From positions 36,246 through 100,245 of the IMG/VR virus record IMGVR_UViG_3300047561_001243: a stretch of DNA of 64,000 nt. One strand, given 5' to 3'. This stretch comes from a virus. Its lineage: Duplodnaviria; Caudoviricetes. The notes beneath the pieces were generated by a model. That model saw only the letters and a program-made list of their open reading frames with translations, made no database searches and had not been told where the DNA came from. Positions 9,401-19,625 of the stretch are shown piece after piece. The first letter of the stretch is position 1; the number at the start of each line of letters is the position of its first letter. The translations under genes and the position numbers were made by a program.

Positions 9401-10285
9401 ATGTCAGTCAAACCATCCAGCACTATGAAGAAGTTCTTAGAGGCGGGTAAAGCAGATACTCGAGTATTAGGTAAAGCTGAGCGCCACATTCTTAGTCGAC
9501 CACTTGATACATCACGTAGAACAGATGTTTTGCACCCATCAGAAATGTCTAAGGTAGCTACATGGTGCCACCGTGCATCTTATTTTCAAATTTTAGGTTA
9601 CGCCCCACCACCACGTAAGACACGTATTGGCTTGCAAACTCAGATGGTGTTTGACGAGGGACATTACATTCACGCTAAATGGCAAAAACTTTTTGCTGAA
9701 ATGGGGATTCTTTACGGTACTTGGAAGTGTTGGGTTAAGGGTTGCACAGGCCGCGAGTGGGGTATGCCTTATCCAGAGTGCCCTAATGGTCACGGACTAA
9801 TGGAAAACTACGCAGAAGTCCCATTGTCTTACGCACCTTTACACTTTGGAGGTCATGCCGACGGTTGGATTGTTGGTTGCGGTGAGGGCATGCTGCTTGA
9901 AATTAAATCAGTTGGTGAAGGAACTTTTCGTTGGGAAGCACCAGAGATGCTTTACGATAACGATAATGATATTAAAAAAGCTTGGAAAGCTTTAGAGACT
10001 CCTTTTGCAAGTCACATTTACCAAGCACAAATTTATTTAAAGTTGCTTGAATTAATTGATAACCCAGATGCACGCGAGCATCCAATCCCTCAACAGATTT
10101 TGTTTTTGTACGAGTCAAAGGCAACCCAGGAATATAAAGAGTTTGTTATTCCCAAATCAGACTTTGGCATTACGGAAATTTTTGATGCCTGTCAGGTAAT
10201 TGCCGATTGCGTTAAAGCAAAGTCAGCCCCAGCGTGTAACGTTAAGGGCTCAGAACTGTGCTCATCATGCAAAGGTTACCTATGA
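9401..10285 (+). CDS. Cas4-like/RecB-family exonuclease
   Basis: HPSE..WC, GHYIH, GHADG, LEIKS, QAQIY motifs plus C-terminal Cys cluster. Confidence 0.8.
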   Translation: MSVKPSSTMKKFLEAGKADTRVLGKAERHILSRPLDTSRRTDVLHPSEMSKVATWCHRASYFQILGYAPPPRKTRIGLQTQMVFDEGHYIHAKWQKLFAEMGILYGTWKCWVKGCTGREWGMPYPECPNGHGLMENYAEVPLSYAPLHFGGHADGWIVGCGEGMLLEIKSVGEGTFRWEAPEMLYDNDNDIKKAWKALETPFASHIYQAQIYLKLLELIDNPDAREHPIPQQILFLYESKATQEYKEFVIPKSDFGITEIFDACQVIADCVKAKSAPACNVKGSELCSSCKGYL

Positions 10286-10764
10286 TTACGCTGAAGACAG
10301 GGCCTGGTAGTAAAGCTGTTGTTGAGGATTTAGTTCAACAAGGCTACGGCCCCTCCACAGCATTTAATGATTCAGTCCCCCGCCTCCCACAAGACTTAAC
10401 CGAAATATCAGACCAGGATTTAATGTCTTTGTTTCAAGTCTTTATTGAGTACAACAATTTTATGCTGCTTCAGCTGTCCTGCGCTCGCGTAGATGAGGAG
10501 ACAGCACTTAAGCTGTTAGAAAAGGCCCAAGCAAAAATTTTGGTTGAAGCCCCCAAAGGCGAAACAGTAGCCAAGACAAAAGCAAAAATGATTTTAGACA
10601 CTGGCCTTGAACTAATGGATTCAGATTATCAAGTTCGCCATAATTATCATGAAATTCTTAAAAGTATGCAAGCTGGCGTAGCCGAAAGCACCAAGGTTGT
10701 TAGCCGTGAAATTACCCGTAGAACTTCAGGAAGTTTTAACTCTAAACAGCGCATGATGACATGA
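10282..10764 (+). CDS. Hypothetical helical protein, possible recombination mediator
   Basis: Helical ORF ending SREITRR, coupled between the nuclease and RuvC genes. Confidence 0.45.
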   Translation: MITLKTGPGSKAVVEDLVQQGYGPSTAFNDSVPRLPQDLTEISDQDLMSLFQVFIEYNNFMLLQLSCARVDEETALKLLEKAQAKILVEAPKGETVAKTKAKMILDTGLELMDSDYQVRHNYHEILKSMQAGVAESTKVVSREITRRTSGSFNSKQRMMT

Positions 10765-11300
10765 AAGTTTTTTATAAAGGCGTTGTGGACGAACATCCAG
10801 TATTTCTTGGGATTGACCAGTCCTACAGTGGTTTTGCAATAACAGCTTATGTAAACGATGAAAACTATTATACTGAGGTATATAAATCTGATAAACGCGG
10901 GATAGAACGTTTACGTGACATTCAATCACATGTAATGAACTGGCTTCACGAATTTGACAACATTTCAGATGTAGCAATGGAGGGCTATGCATTTGGCTCA
11001 CAAATGGCTAACATGCTTGGAGAACTTGGTGGCATGGTCAAGTTAACATTGTTAGATTTTGGCATTTACCCTTTAATAGTTCCCCCAACTAGCCTTAAAA
11101 AGTACGTAACTGGTAAAGGAAATGGGATTTCTAAAAGTCAGATGCTTTTGTACGTGTATAAGAAATGGGGCGCTGAGTTTACTGACGATAACGCAGCAGA
11201 TTCCTATGCTTTAGCAAGACTGGTATCTGGCAAACATTCAACCGAGTATGAAAAAGAAATTTACGGCAAGCTTTCGGACCCTAAATTTAGGGAAAAGTAG
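10761..11300 (+). CDS. ruvC: RuvC-like Holliday junction resolvase
   Basis: FLGIDQS, VAMEGYAF, PTSLKKYVTGKG, DDNAADSYALA. Confidence 0.85.
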   Translation: MKVFYKGVVDEHPVFLGIDQSYSGFAITAYVNDENYYTEVYKSDKRGIERLRDIQSHVMNWLHEFDNISDVAMEGYAFGSQMANMLGELGGMVKLTLLDFGIYPLIVPPTSLKKYVTGKGNGISKSQMLLYVYKKWGAEFTDDNAADSYALARLVSGKHSTEYEKEIYGKLSDPKFREK

Positions 11301-12236
11301 TGAACCTTCCCAAGCCTGATTCGGTCAATTTTTCTGGCATGTCTATTAAAGACCAAAATAAATACTACGCCCGACACGTTCGTGGATTAATCACATTTGT
11401 CCTACAACAATCAGATTTTCCTGATAAGTTTCGCGATGCATTAGAAACTATAGACGATTACACATTTTACTTGTGTGACGAGATTGGGACGGGATTCATG
11501 GAAGAAGATAACTTTTGCGAAGATAAAGGCTGCGATGGCGTTTGCGATTGCGGTAACGGTACGGTTACTATTGAGCCATGGGAACAACAAGAGCCGTTAG
11601 AAGAAGATGAATGATTGAAGATTCCGACAAAAATGAATTTTTTATTTGGCTTAACAACGGAATAGCTCGAGGTTGGGTAACAGAACCTTTCTGTTGTACT
11701 CATGATGGCGGCCCCATAACAGATGAAGAATACGCAGCAATGGACGAAGGCGACGATATCTGTTTTTCACACATTAAAATACTGGAGGACTAAATGGCAT
11801 ACGCATTTGCAGGAACAGCTAAAAAAACATCTGACAACGATTTACGTCAAAGTGGGTATATGACACCCGATGAGTTTGTTGACGCACTAACGCCAGGTTT
11901 AAAAGAATACATGAACAGTAATTGGGGCCGAAACGGTCAGCTAATGCATCCTGAAGATTTGGCTACAACAGCTTCAATTTACATGGAGGTCGCATATCGA
12001 GTAATAGCCGATATGTATACAGCGTGGCAAAACCAATACGACAACTAAAACCAGATTACTCGGGCAACCTTGACCACGCAGAAGAGGTTCGCCATGAGTG
12101 CTGTTGTGGTTCATTTTTGTGGACTTTGAAGGCTAGTTTTGATGATTATGAGCTAGCTTCATACTTTATAGATATGGAGTGTGCAGTTTGTGGCAGCTTT
12201 GCCAAAGCCCCAACACCCCTAGATAAACCTTTTTAA
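11300..12236 (+). CDS. Four small hypothetical genes (11300-11614, 11611-11793, 11794-12048, 12024-12236), some Cys-rich
   Basis: Tightly coupled ORFs; the last has CCCG...CAVCG zinc-ribbon motif. Confidence 0.55.
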
Positions 12237-12302
12237 CCAGACATAAAAAATTGTTGTTGTCATACTAATAGTCCAAACACTAGGACTACAAAAAGGACCA
12301 CA

Positions 12303-12590
12303 ATGACATCGGACATCAAAGATAACGCCGAACAGTTTTTACGGGTATCGGCTAGCTCAAATCCTCAATCAGTAGCATCAGCTATAGCTCATAGCATTTA
12401 TGACACCAAAACAGCCAAGATTCGCGCAGTAGGCGCAGGAGCTGTAAATCAAGCAGTTAAAGCAATTGCGATTGCCCGTGGCTACACCGCGCCACGAGGA
12501 ATGGACTTAATTTGCATCCCTGGTTTTGCAAGTATTGAGAGCCATGATGGTCAAATTAGTGCCGTTGTATTTGCCATAGAGGTACGTTAA
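12303..12590 (+). CDS. spoVS: SpoVS-family protein (Alba-like nucleic-acid-binding fold)
   Basis: LRVSASSNPQSVASAIA...RAVGAGAVNQAVKAIAIARGY...CIPGF closely follows the SpoVS signature. Confidence 0.9.
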   Translation: MTSDIKDNAEQFLRVSASSNPQSVASAIAHSIYDTKTAKIRAVGAGAVNQAVKAIAIARGYTAPRGMDLICIPGFASIESHDGQISAVVFAIEVR

Positions 12591-12650
12591 GACTGTATTT
12601 TTCTGTAAAAAACCCTATTCTGTATTAAACCTTAGGCCAAAGGAAACCAA

Positions 12651-15566
12651 ATGAAAAAAGATTCAACAAAGAATCCAAACACATTAGCAACGGAGCATGC
12701 TCCAGACATTGCTACAAATGTGAAAGCACCAAAGCCTGAAAAAGGCAAGCTTATGAAAAAGGGCAACACTGCATCAGGTGGAGCAACAGGAGTAGCTGGC
12801 GGGCGCAAGCACGGCGGTAAATTAACTTCAGGCGCACGTTACGGTATCAGTGTTAAGTTGTCAGGTGGCACAGCTCCAGAAGCTGGTGCAACACAGAGCA
12901 ACGGACGCATCATTGCCCCTTCAATAAACCGCACACGTCCTAATTTTCAGGACGGTATGGCTGGCGACACAGCCCGATAAAAAATGCCTAGCGCACATCA
13001 AAATGTTCAGTCGCTAGGTGCTGGTGGTTTATACGGAACTAACACTACTTACGGTGGTGGCGGAGTCCCAGTTGCTCGTTCAGAACTTGACTTCCTTCGC
13101 TTAGGTGTAGGTAGAGAACCTTCCGCAGAATACCCAGACGGCTATCTAGGAACAATCCGCTCACGACGCGACGACCGCGGCCGTGCTAATAGTGGTTCCG
13201 AAAGACTTTTACAAGGCGTACAAACACGCGTAACACAGCGTAGTTATCAACGTGGAGTTCATCGCGGCGAGCGCATTGACCAATCAGATTATTACTATCC
13301 AGATAACTTACGACCTGACCGTGGCATTAAACGTCAGATGCGTAGTGCACAAGTAGGAAACGTGTGGCAAAGCAAACGTAACGCTATCAATCCTGATTTA
13401 GTGCCAGCACCACACTTAGTAAATGATGGAAAAGCAGGACCAGCAGCAAAAGGTTCTGCACCAGGTGAAATCGACAAACGACGTGCAGACCAATGGGCAC
13501 GCATGAGACCGAACGCGAGATAACTATGTTAGGTAAAGCATTAGGTATGGCAGCTAAAGGTGCTGTTGCAGGTGTCAAAGCAGCAAAAGCTGGTGGTGAT
13601 GCACGAGCAGTTACTAAAGCATCAATTCATGGTGCAGGAGTTCCACAAGTAGGTGGAGCCGTAGATAAAGCTGTTGACTGGGGATTCAATAATGCCCCTA
13701 TGGCTATGGACGCAGCAAAACGTCAAGCACCAGTTATTGCAGACCGTGCAAAAGGAATGGCACAAGGAATTTCAGATAAGTTGCGCGACGGAACAACTCC
13801 TAAACCTTTGGATTGGTAGTAAATGCCAAACATGCCAGACGGTGTTTATAACCGTAAACCTTGGGTAGCACCACTTGAATCCGCATACCCGCCGCAAGAA
13901 TATCTTGGACCTTTTGCAAGCAATCAAGAACGCCTTCTATCTCAAGCGCTTGCTTCCCAGACTATGTTAGATGCGGAAATACAAGAATACGTGCGACCAC
14001 CACTTCCACAAATTGAACTTTTCCCAGCTCGTTATGGGTATGTCACCACAGAGTACGGAATTAATGACATCATTGAGGTATCAGGACGGGTACCGCAGCG
14101 TAATGAGACTGACTATAGCCAGACTCCTAACACCCAGGAATCCACTAGCCGTAACACTCTAGGAGGTTCAATCTAATGGCGATTGACGACCCCCGCCTGA
14201 TGACAGACTCCACAGGAGAAGGTATGGCAGGAGCCACTGACGTGCGCTACTCCACACAACAAGAATTAAAACGAACCATGTACAACGGTTCCAAGTCTTG
14301 CAAGAATTGTGGTTACTCAATGACTCCAGTTCAAGCATTACTAAAAGATTTATGTCCATCTTGCACTAGACGTAGTGCACAGAACCGAGTGAAAGGCCGA
14401 ATGGCATGACAGTACGCAAAGCACGCTCAGAGAACGCATCAATGTTGGAGGGCGCAACTGACGGTAAGTACCGTAAGCGTCGCCCAAATACAACAGTTGC
14501 ACCAGGAATGGGTGACCAAAAGGTTGTACAAAACCGTCAAGGTCTACACCCATACATGAACTATGGCTTCATTAACAGTGAAGAACCAGCAAAGGTTAAT
14601 CCAGGAGCATAACCATGGCTGTTAAAGACCGTGCCAACGACCCTAAGCGCGTACCAAAAATAAAAGTTGAAGGTGCGGCAGGTCCTAAAGCCAAAAAGTT
14701 TAATGGCGGTAAAAACCGTGAAAAGTTTATTGCTGATGTGCAAACAGGAAAAGTCGACAAAATAGGTGCAGGTGGTACGTGGACAACACAACCATCTGAT
14801 TTATATTCAGTTCCACGTAGTGAAACAGGTTACGTTGGAAAAGTTACCCGTAGAGGAAGTGCAGCTAATGGCTAAGAAACCAACCCCACCAATTTCGTTT
14901 CCACGTGAAAAAGCTGAAAAGCCTGCACCAAAAGGAAAAGTAACTGTTGCCCGCCCTGGCAGTAAAGAAGCCAGAGCTATTGCTGGAAAAAGCCAAGCAA
15001 AGCTAATTGGCTTAACCGCACCAGCCGATAGCGAGAACACACCTCAGCATAAGCAAAACAAGCGTGACGGCTTTACAACAAACGTTCGCACTCACGGTGC
15101 ACCAAAGTATGTATCTAACAGCTTGGGTAAAGGTACACAAACTGTACGCCCAAGCGACGCTCAACTAGAAGGACACCAATCAGTTGGAGCAGAAGCAAGT
15201 CGTTCAGCCGAACTTCCTAAAGGCAAGAACAATCCAATTTTTACTGCTGGCTCACCAGAACAAAAAGCTGCTAACGCTCACCACGATGACCCAATGTCGA
15301 AATCAACAAGCCCACTATTGCGCGAAAAATATCGCAAAATGGCTGACTTAACACACAAATTTGTTTCATCTACTAAGCCAGCAGAAAAAGAAGCTCACCG
15401 TGCAGCTTTTCACGCTTTGAGCGGTGGTAAGCGTACTAATGGTCTTGCTGGCCCGTGTTCAACAGGTGGTTGCACCCGCACAACCGATAGCAACACTGGC
15501 TCCTGTGAAGGCGGAAAATGTAATGTTGAAACACCTGCATCCGTAGGAGCTCGTCCAAGAGGATAA
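12651..15566 (+). CDS. Cluster of 8 small, mostly basic or low-complexity hypothetical proteins (12651-12980, 12984-13523, 13526-13819, 13823-14176, 14176-14409, 14406-14612, 14615-14875, 14868-15566)
   Basis: Contiguous co-oriented ORFs with 0-5 nt gaps or overlaps; K/R/G/A/P-rich. Confidence 0.6.
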
Positions 15567-15608
15567 CTGCTAGACTGCATTACCCCGTAACACTAATAGG
15601 AGCATAAA

Positions 15609-16139
15609 TTGGCAGATATTAAAGACATAGCTCATAAAGAGTTAAAAGAACCACAGATTCGATTGCTTGTTTGTCGTACCTGTAAATCAGCCGAAGAACT
15701 GCCAGACCACGAAGGTCGACCAGAAGACGACGTACTACTTAACATCACTGTAGAGCGCCATCAAAAACCAGAACCACACGTAGGTTTACTATTTAAATTT
15801 CCAGTCAAGTACTGGGCTCGTAAAGACGTAAAAGAATCCATCATGAAGCAAATTCAAGAGGGGTCCTCGGGTCTTGACGTATTTGGTACTAACTTCTATG
15901 AGACCAAATCAACTTTCCAAGAAGACGCTATGAAGTGTTTTAGCCTGCACCTTCGCCCATCAGCGGGTTGTTCAGATTACAAGGTAAGCAGCAAAGAATT
16001 AAAACCTGGAACAGAGAAAGACCGTCGTAAAGAAGGCCTTGGTGCCAGCACAGCAGCAAAGGTTTTCTTATGTGACTTCTGCCCAGCCAAGATGCATTAC
16101 CAAAAGAAATCGTTTGACTCCAAGGGATTATTTAAATGA
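15609..16139 (+). CDS. Cys/His-rich (Zn-binding) hypothetical protein
   Basis: CRTC...H..H...C..H..P..GCSDY...CDFCP. Confidence 0.6.
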   Translation: MADIKDIAHKELKEPQIRLLVCRTCKSAEELPDHEGRPEDDVLLNITVERHQKPEPHVGLLFKFPVKYWARKDVKESIMKQIQEGSSGLDVFGTNFYETKSTFQEDAMKCFSLHLRPSAGCSDYKVSSKELKPGTEKDRRKEGLGASTAAKVFLCDFCPAKMHYQKKSFDSKGLFK

Positions 16140-16627
16140 TTCAAGCAGAAACAGCTTTTATTGTTATTAAATCACAAGACGGTACCTATACGGCTATCAC
16201 TGACCTTCAAGCTGAGCTAGAGGTTACCCGCCCAGCTTCAGAGTTAGATGTCAAACGAGCCAGCCGAGAGCTAGCCGAAGCTGTCCAATTGAAGGATATT
16301 GCCCGAATTGTCGCATCTGTAATGACACAATCACCCCCAGATGATACTTCCAAAGTTGCCAGCGCTGTGAGACAATCGTTGTTGGAGAAGGGCCTTCTCC
16401 AGTAGCTACAGGGGGCAAAAATGTTTGTAGAGATGACTTGCAATTGTGGTGCATCATTTCAAATGGATGTTGAGGCAGAAAATACTGTTTTGATGTTTGC
16501 ACATAAATTTACAACTTCACACGAGTTGTGTGGATACATGACGCCAACGGCTTCAGACGTTTCTGAAAAAACAAAGCGGTATGATATTAGTTACCGCGAA
16601 AGAAAGAACGAGCCAGAGGAGATGTAG
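16136..16627 (+). CDS. Two small hypothetical genes (16136-16405, 16421-16627)
   Basis: ORFs in operon-like arrangement; the second has CNCG...H..C. Confidence 0.5.
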
Positions 16628-17556
16628 TGGATTACTACGAGGTGTTGGCCAACAAGGCGACTCCCGTAGAGTCACAACCTGGTGAGACGTCGTATTTCAG
16701 CGAGCCAGCAGCTGGCTTAGACCCACGACTATTTAGAAACGAGCGCCTGATTCCAGGGATTCGCTCAGCTATTTTATCTACCGCTTTCACCTACCTGTCC
16801 AGAGATTTTCAAGACCCAGAGTCTTGGTCCAATGTCTGGCTTGCTGGTTCTGGCGTATCTCGCCAATGGGCCGCCCATCGAGCCCCAGCAGATTTAGATT
16901 GCCTTATTGGAGTCGACTACGTAGCTTTCCGTCAATCTAATCTAAAGTACGTAGGTTTCAGCGACCAAGAGATTGCTTCAACCCTCAACGAAGGGTTTAG
17001 CACAGAGTTAAATAAAGATACATCTAATTTTATGGACACTTACGAATTAACTTTTTATGTAAATGTTCGAAGCAACATTGTCGACATTAAACCTTACGCA
17101 GCTTATTCACTTACAGCAGATGATTGGACTGTTACACCAGTTACCCAGCTACCAGCCCGCAAAAAAGATTGGGACCAGCGCGTAAGTGGTGATACTAATT
17201 TAGCATTAGCAATCATTGGTCGCTACCAGTCAGCTTTAAATACAATTACAGCAGCACAAAACGATTCAGCAAGACGAAATGCAGAGGTGGCGTTAAAACT
17301 ATCCATTTCACAAGGAGCGGCTTTATTTGACGAGATTCACCAAGGGCGCAAAACAGCATTTAGTCCATCAGGTGAGGGTTATTTAGACTATGCAAATTAC
17401 CGATGGCAAGCTGGAAAAGAAAGTGGTAGCGTTCCAGCACTAAAACAATTAAAAGAAATTTCTAAAGAGACACAAAAAGAATTTGATGTTATGACCTACG
17501 GAATTGAGCTACCTGATGCTAGTGTTCTTATCCGCAGGGCTATAACAGGTCGCTAG
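16627..17556 (+). CDS. Pol-beta-superfamily nucleotidyltransferase
   Basis: WLAGSGVS...ADLDCLIGVD (GS + DxD) motif. Confidence 0.7.
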   Translation: MDYYEVLANKATPVESQPGETSYFSEPAAGLDPRLFRNERLIPGIRSAILSTAFTYLSRDFQDPESWSNVWLAGSGVSRQWAAHRAPADLDCLIGVDYVAFRQSNLKYVGFSDQEIASTLNEGFSTELNKDTSNFMDTYELTFYVNVRSNIVDIKPYAAYSLTADDWTVTPVTQLPARKKDWDQRVSGDTNLALAIIGRYQSALNTITAAQNDSARRNAEVALKLSISQGAALFDEIHQGRKTAFSPSGEGYLDYANYRWQAGKESGSVPALKQLKEISKETQKEFDVMTYGIELPDASVLIRRAITGR

Positions 17557-17578
17557 TTTTAATTAAACGGAGCATAAC

Positions 17579-18037
17579 ATGGGTGTATTGATGTCAGTTG
17601 ATGGTGTACTGCGCAACCCTATTAATAACGCCCCAATCCGTGAAGGTTTTTATTTATACCACCTTTTAAAATCACAGACTAAAGTTGTATTTTTATGTGA
17701 TGACAGGGCATTTACGGATACTTTTTTACGGACAAATAAAGTTATTAACTTTGATGCAATTGAGTCCACAGAAGATTTAGCACCTGGGGAAGACGCAATG
17801 ATGCGATTAATCAAACGTCAAAGAGCCCAAGGTGCAGTTGAGTATGTAGTAACAGCCGACCTTTCCCTAGTTACACCCATGTTAGAGGCAGGTATAGCAG
17901 CTTTAGCATTTTGTATTCCAAGTTATTTAGACCATAAGTTTATGCCAGACAGCCGAGAAGGTAAAAAAACTTGGGGAGAAATAACCGCTGAGATTGAACG
18001 CCAACAAGACATGCTGGCACAGGATGGCCGTTTGTGA
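17579..18037 (+). CDS. HAD-superfamily-like protein (first catalytic Asp replaced)
   Basis: N-terminal VLMSVDGVLR resembles HAD motif I DxDG(V/T)L. Confidence 0.55.
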   Translation: MGVLMSVDGVLRNPINNAPIREGFYLYHLLKSQTKVVFLCDDRAFTDTFLRTNKVINFDAIESTEDLAPGEDAMMRLIKRQRAQGAVEYVVTADLSLVTPMLEAGIAALAFCIPSYLDHKFMPDSREGKKTWGEITAEIERQQDMLAQDGRL

Positions 18038-19491
18038 GGCTGATTTACCTAGGAGCTGAGGTCCCATCTAATAGAGTTATCCTTGAAGAAGCTGGTGCTA
18101 CCTATATGGGAGTCAGCTATCACCGTTTAGTAAAGCGGGGATTGCCAAAGACAAAAGCGTATTTATTAGAAAACTACTTTAATAATGCCACCAGCATATT
18201 TGTTCATGCTGGCGTTCCAAAACACGCCAAAATGACACAGGATGAACTAACCGCGTTTGCCGCTGATTACGAAGAATTTATCATAGAGAACATACACAGG
18301 ATTACCCTGTTTACAGAGTTCGACCACCCAGGACTAAGTACAGATTTTATACAGAACCAGCGAAAAACCGTTTGGGCTGGAATGCCTCCATCTAAGTTCT
18401 TGCCCGTATGGCAAAGCGCTACAGGGCTTAACGGGTTAAAACAATTAGTCAATAGCTATCTAGATATTGGTATTCGTGGAGAAGATATAGAGGAACAGAC
18501 CAGCCTTGCAGGGATAGTACAATCCAACATCCAACAACACGGTTCTAGATTCCATGCCATAGGCTGTGCTAAACCCGACAACTTACGAAGTGTTAAGGTC
18601 GAAACCGCTAGCAGTATGGCGTGGCTATCACCCATGATGCGAGGCGAAACCATTGTGTGGGACGGTGGCAAAATAGTTCGATACCCAAGCAAAATGAAAG
18701 AGCAAGCTCGTCCTAGATACAAAGCGGTGTACGACAAAGCTGGGTTAGACTACGACAAGATAATTGAAGACGACGCTAAAGAAGTATCCAAGTTAGCAAT
18801 ATGGTCATACGACCAGTTAGAGTTAAGGTTGATGATGACTGGAAATAACGGGAACATATCAGATATGAACGAGTGGGATGAAGTGGAGCAAAGTGGGGAA
18901 ACTACCCCCGCTGTATCTGATAGGAGTGGGGTGCCGATGCGGAAAGTTGAGCCACGAAATCCTGACGAAATGGGCAACTTACCAGTGTTTGGATACGCCC
19001 TAGATACCACGATAAGTAACGAAGGAGTCATTGAAGATGTCACTACAATCCATTCGCAAAGTAGTAGTTTGCGCCAGTGTAATACTTGTTTCGTTGCAAG
19101 TAATTGCCCAGCTTATAAGGTAGATAGCGCATGTGCATTTAAGTTACCAGTAGAAGTAAAGACTAAAGAACAACTAAAGAGTTTGATTAATGCAGTGATT
19201 GAAATGCAGGGTCAACGCGTTGCTTTTATGCGATTTGCAGAGGAAATCAACGGTGGATATGCAGACCCTAACGTTTCGCAAGAGATTGATAGGCTGTTTA
19301 AACTTATAAAAGTAACTAAAGAATTAGACGATTCACGCGAGTTTATTCGTATGACCGTGGAGCGACAAGGAGGCGCTGGTGTGCTAAGTTCCATCTTCGG
19401 AGACAAAGCACAAGCGCTTAGAGAACTACCAGATGGTGGTCTAAATGAAGAGCAAACTACCAAAATTATTAAGCAGGCAACAGAAGAATAA
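18034..19491 (+). CDS. tRNA-guanine transglycosylase (TGT/DpdA)-like fold fused to a Cys4 domain
   Basis: FLPVW, RFHAIG, ETASSMAW..PMMRG follow the phage TGT-like pattern; CNTCFVASNCP...C in the C-terminal part. Confidence 0.45.
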   Translation: MRLIYLGAEVPSNRVILEEAGATYMGVSYHRLVKRGLPKTKAYLLENYFNNATSIFVHAGVPKHAKMTQDELTAFAADYEEFIIENIHRITLFTEFDHPGLSTDFIQNQRKTVWAGMPPSKFLPVWQSATGLNGLKQLVNSYLDIGIRGEDIEEQTSLAGIVQSNIQQHGSRFHAIGCAKPDNLRSVKVETASSMAWLSPMMRGETIVWDGGKIVRYPSKMKEQARPRYKAVYDKAGLDYDKIIEDDAKEVSKLAIWSYDQLELRLMMTGNNGNISDMNEWDEVEQSGETTPAVSDRSGVPMRKVEPRNPDEMGNLPVFGYALDTTISNEGVIEDVTTIHSQSSSLRQCNTCFVASNCPAYKVDSACAFKLPVEVKTKEQLKSLINAVIEMQGQRVAFMRFAEEINGGYADPNVSQEIDRLFKLIKVTKELDDSREFIRMTVERQGGAGVLSSIFGDKAQALRELPDGGLNEEQTTKIIKQATEE

Positions 19492-19625
19492 CACTTAGAA
19501 CATATCAGATAGGAAGGGGATAAGAAAGCAGAAAAAGCATCGGCGCTTGCCTATGTAATACAGCTATACTAATCAACCAATCCCGCACTCAACCAGCGGG
19601 ATTTTTACTTTACGCGATGAGGATA

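Noticed and set aside
9401-10285. Cas4-like gene as sign of a CRISPR-Cas system
   Set aside because: No cas1/cas2 and no repeat-spacer array seen; solo Cas4-like nucleases are common in phage recombination modules
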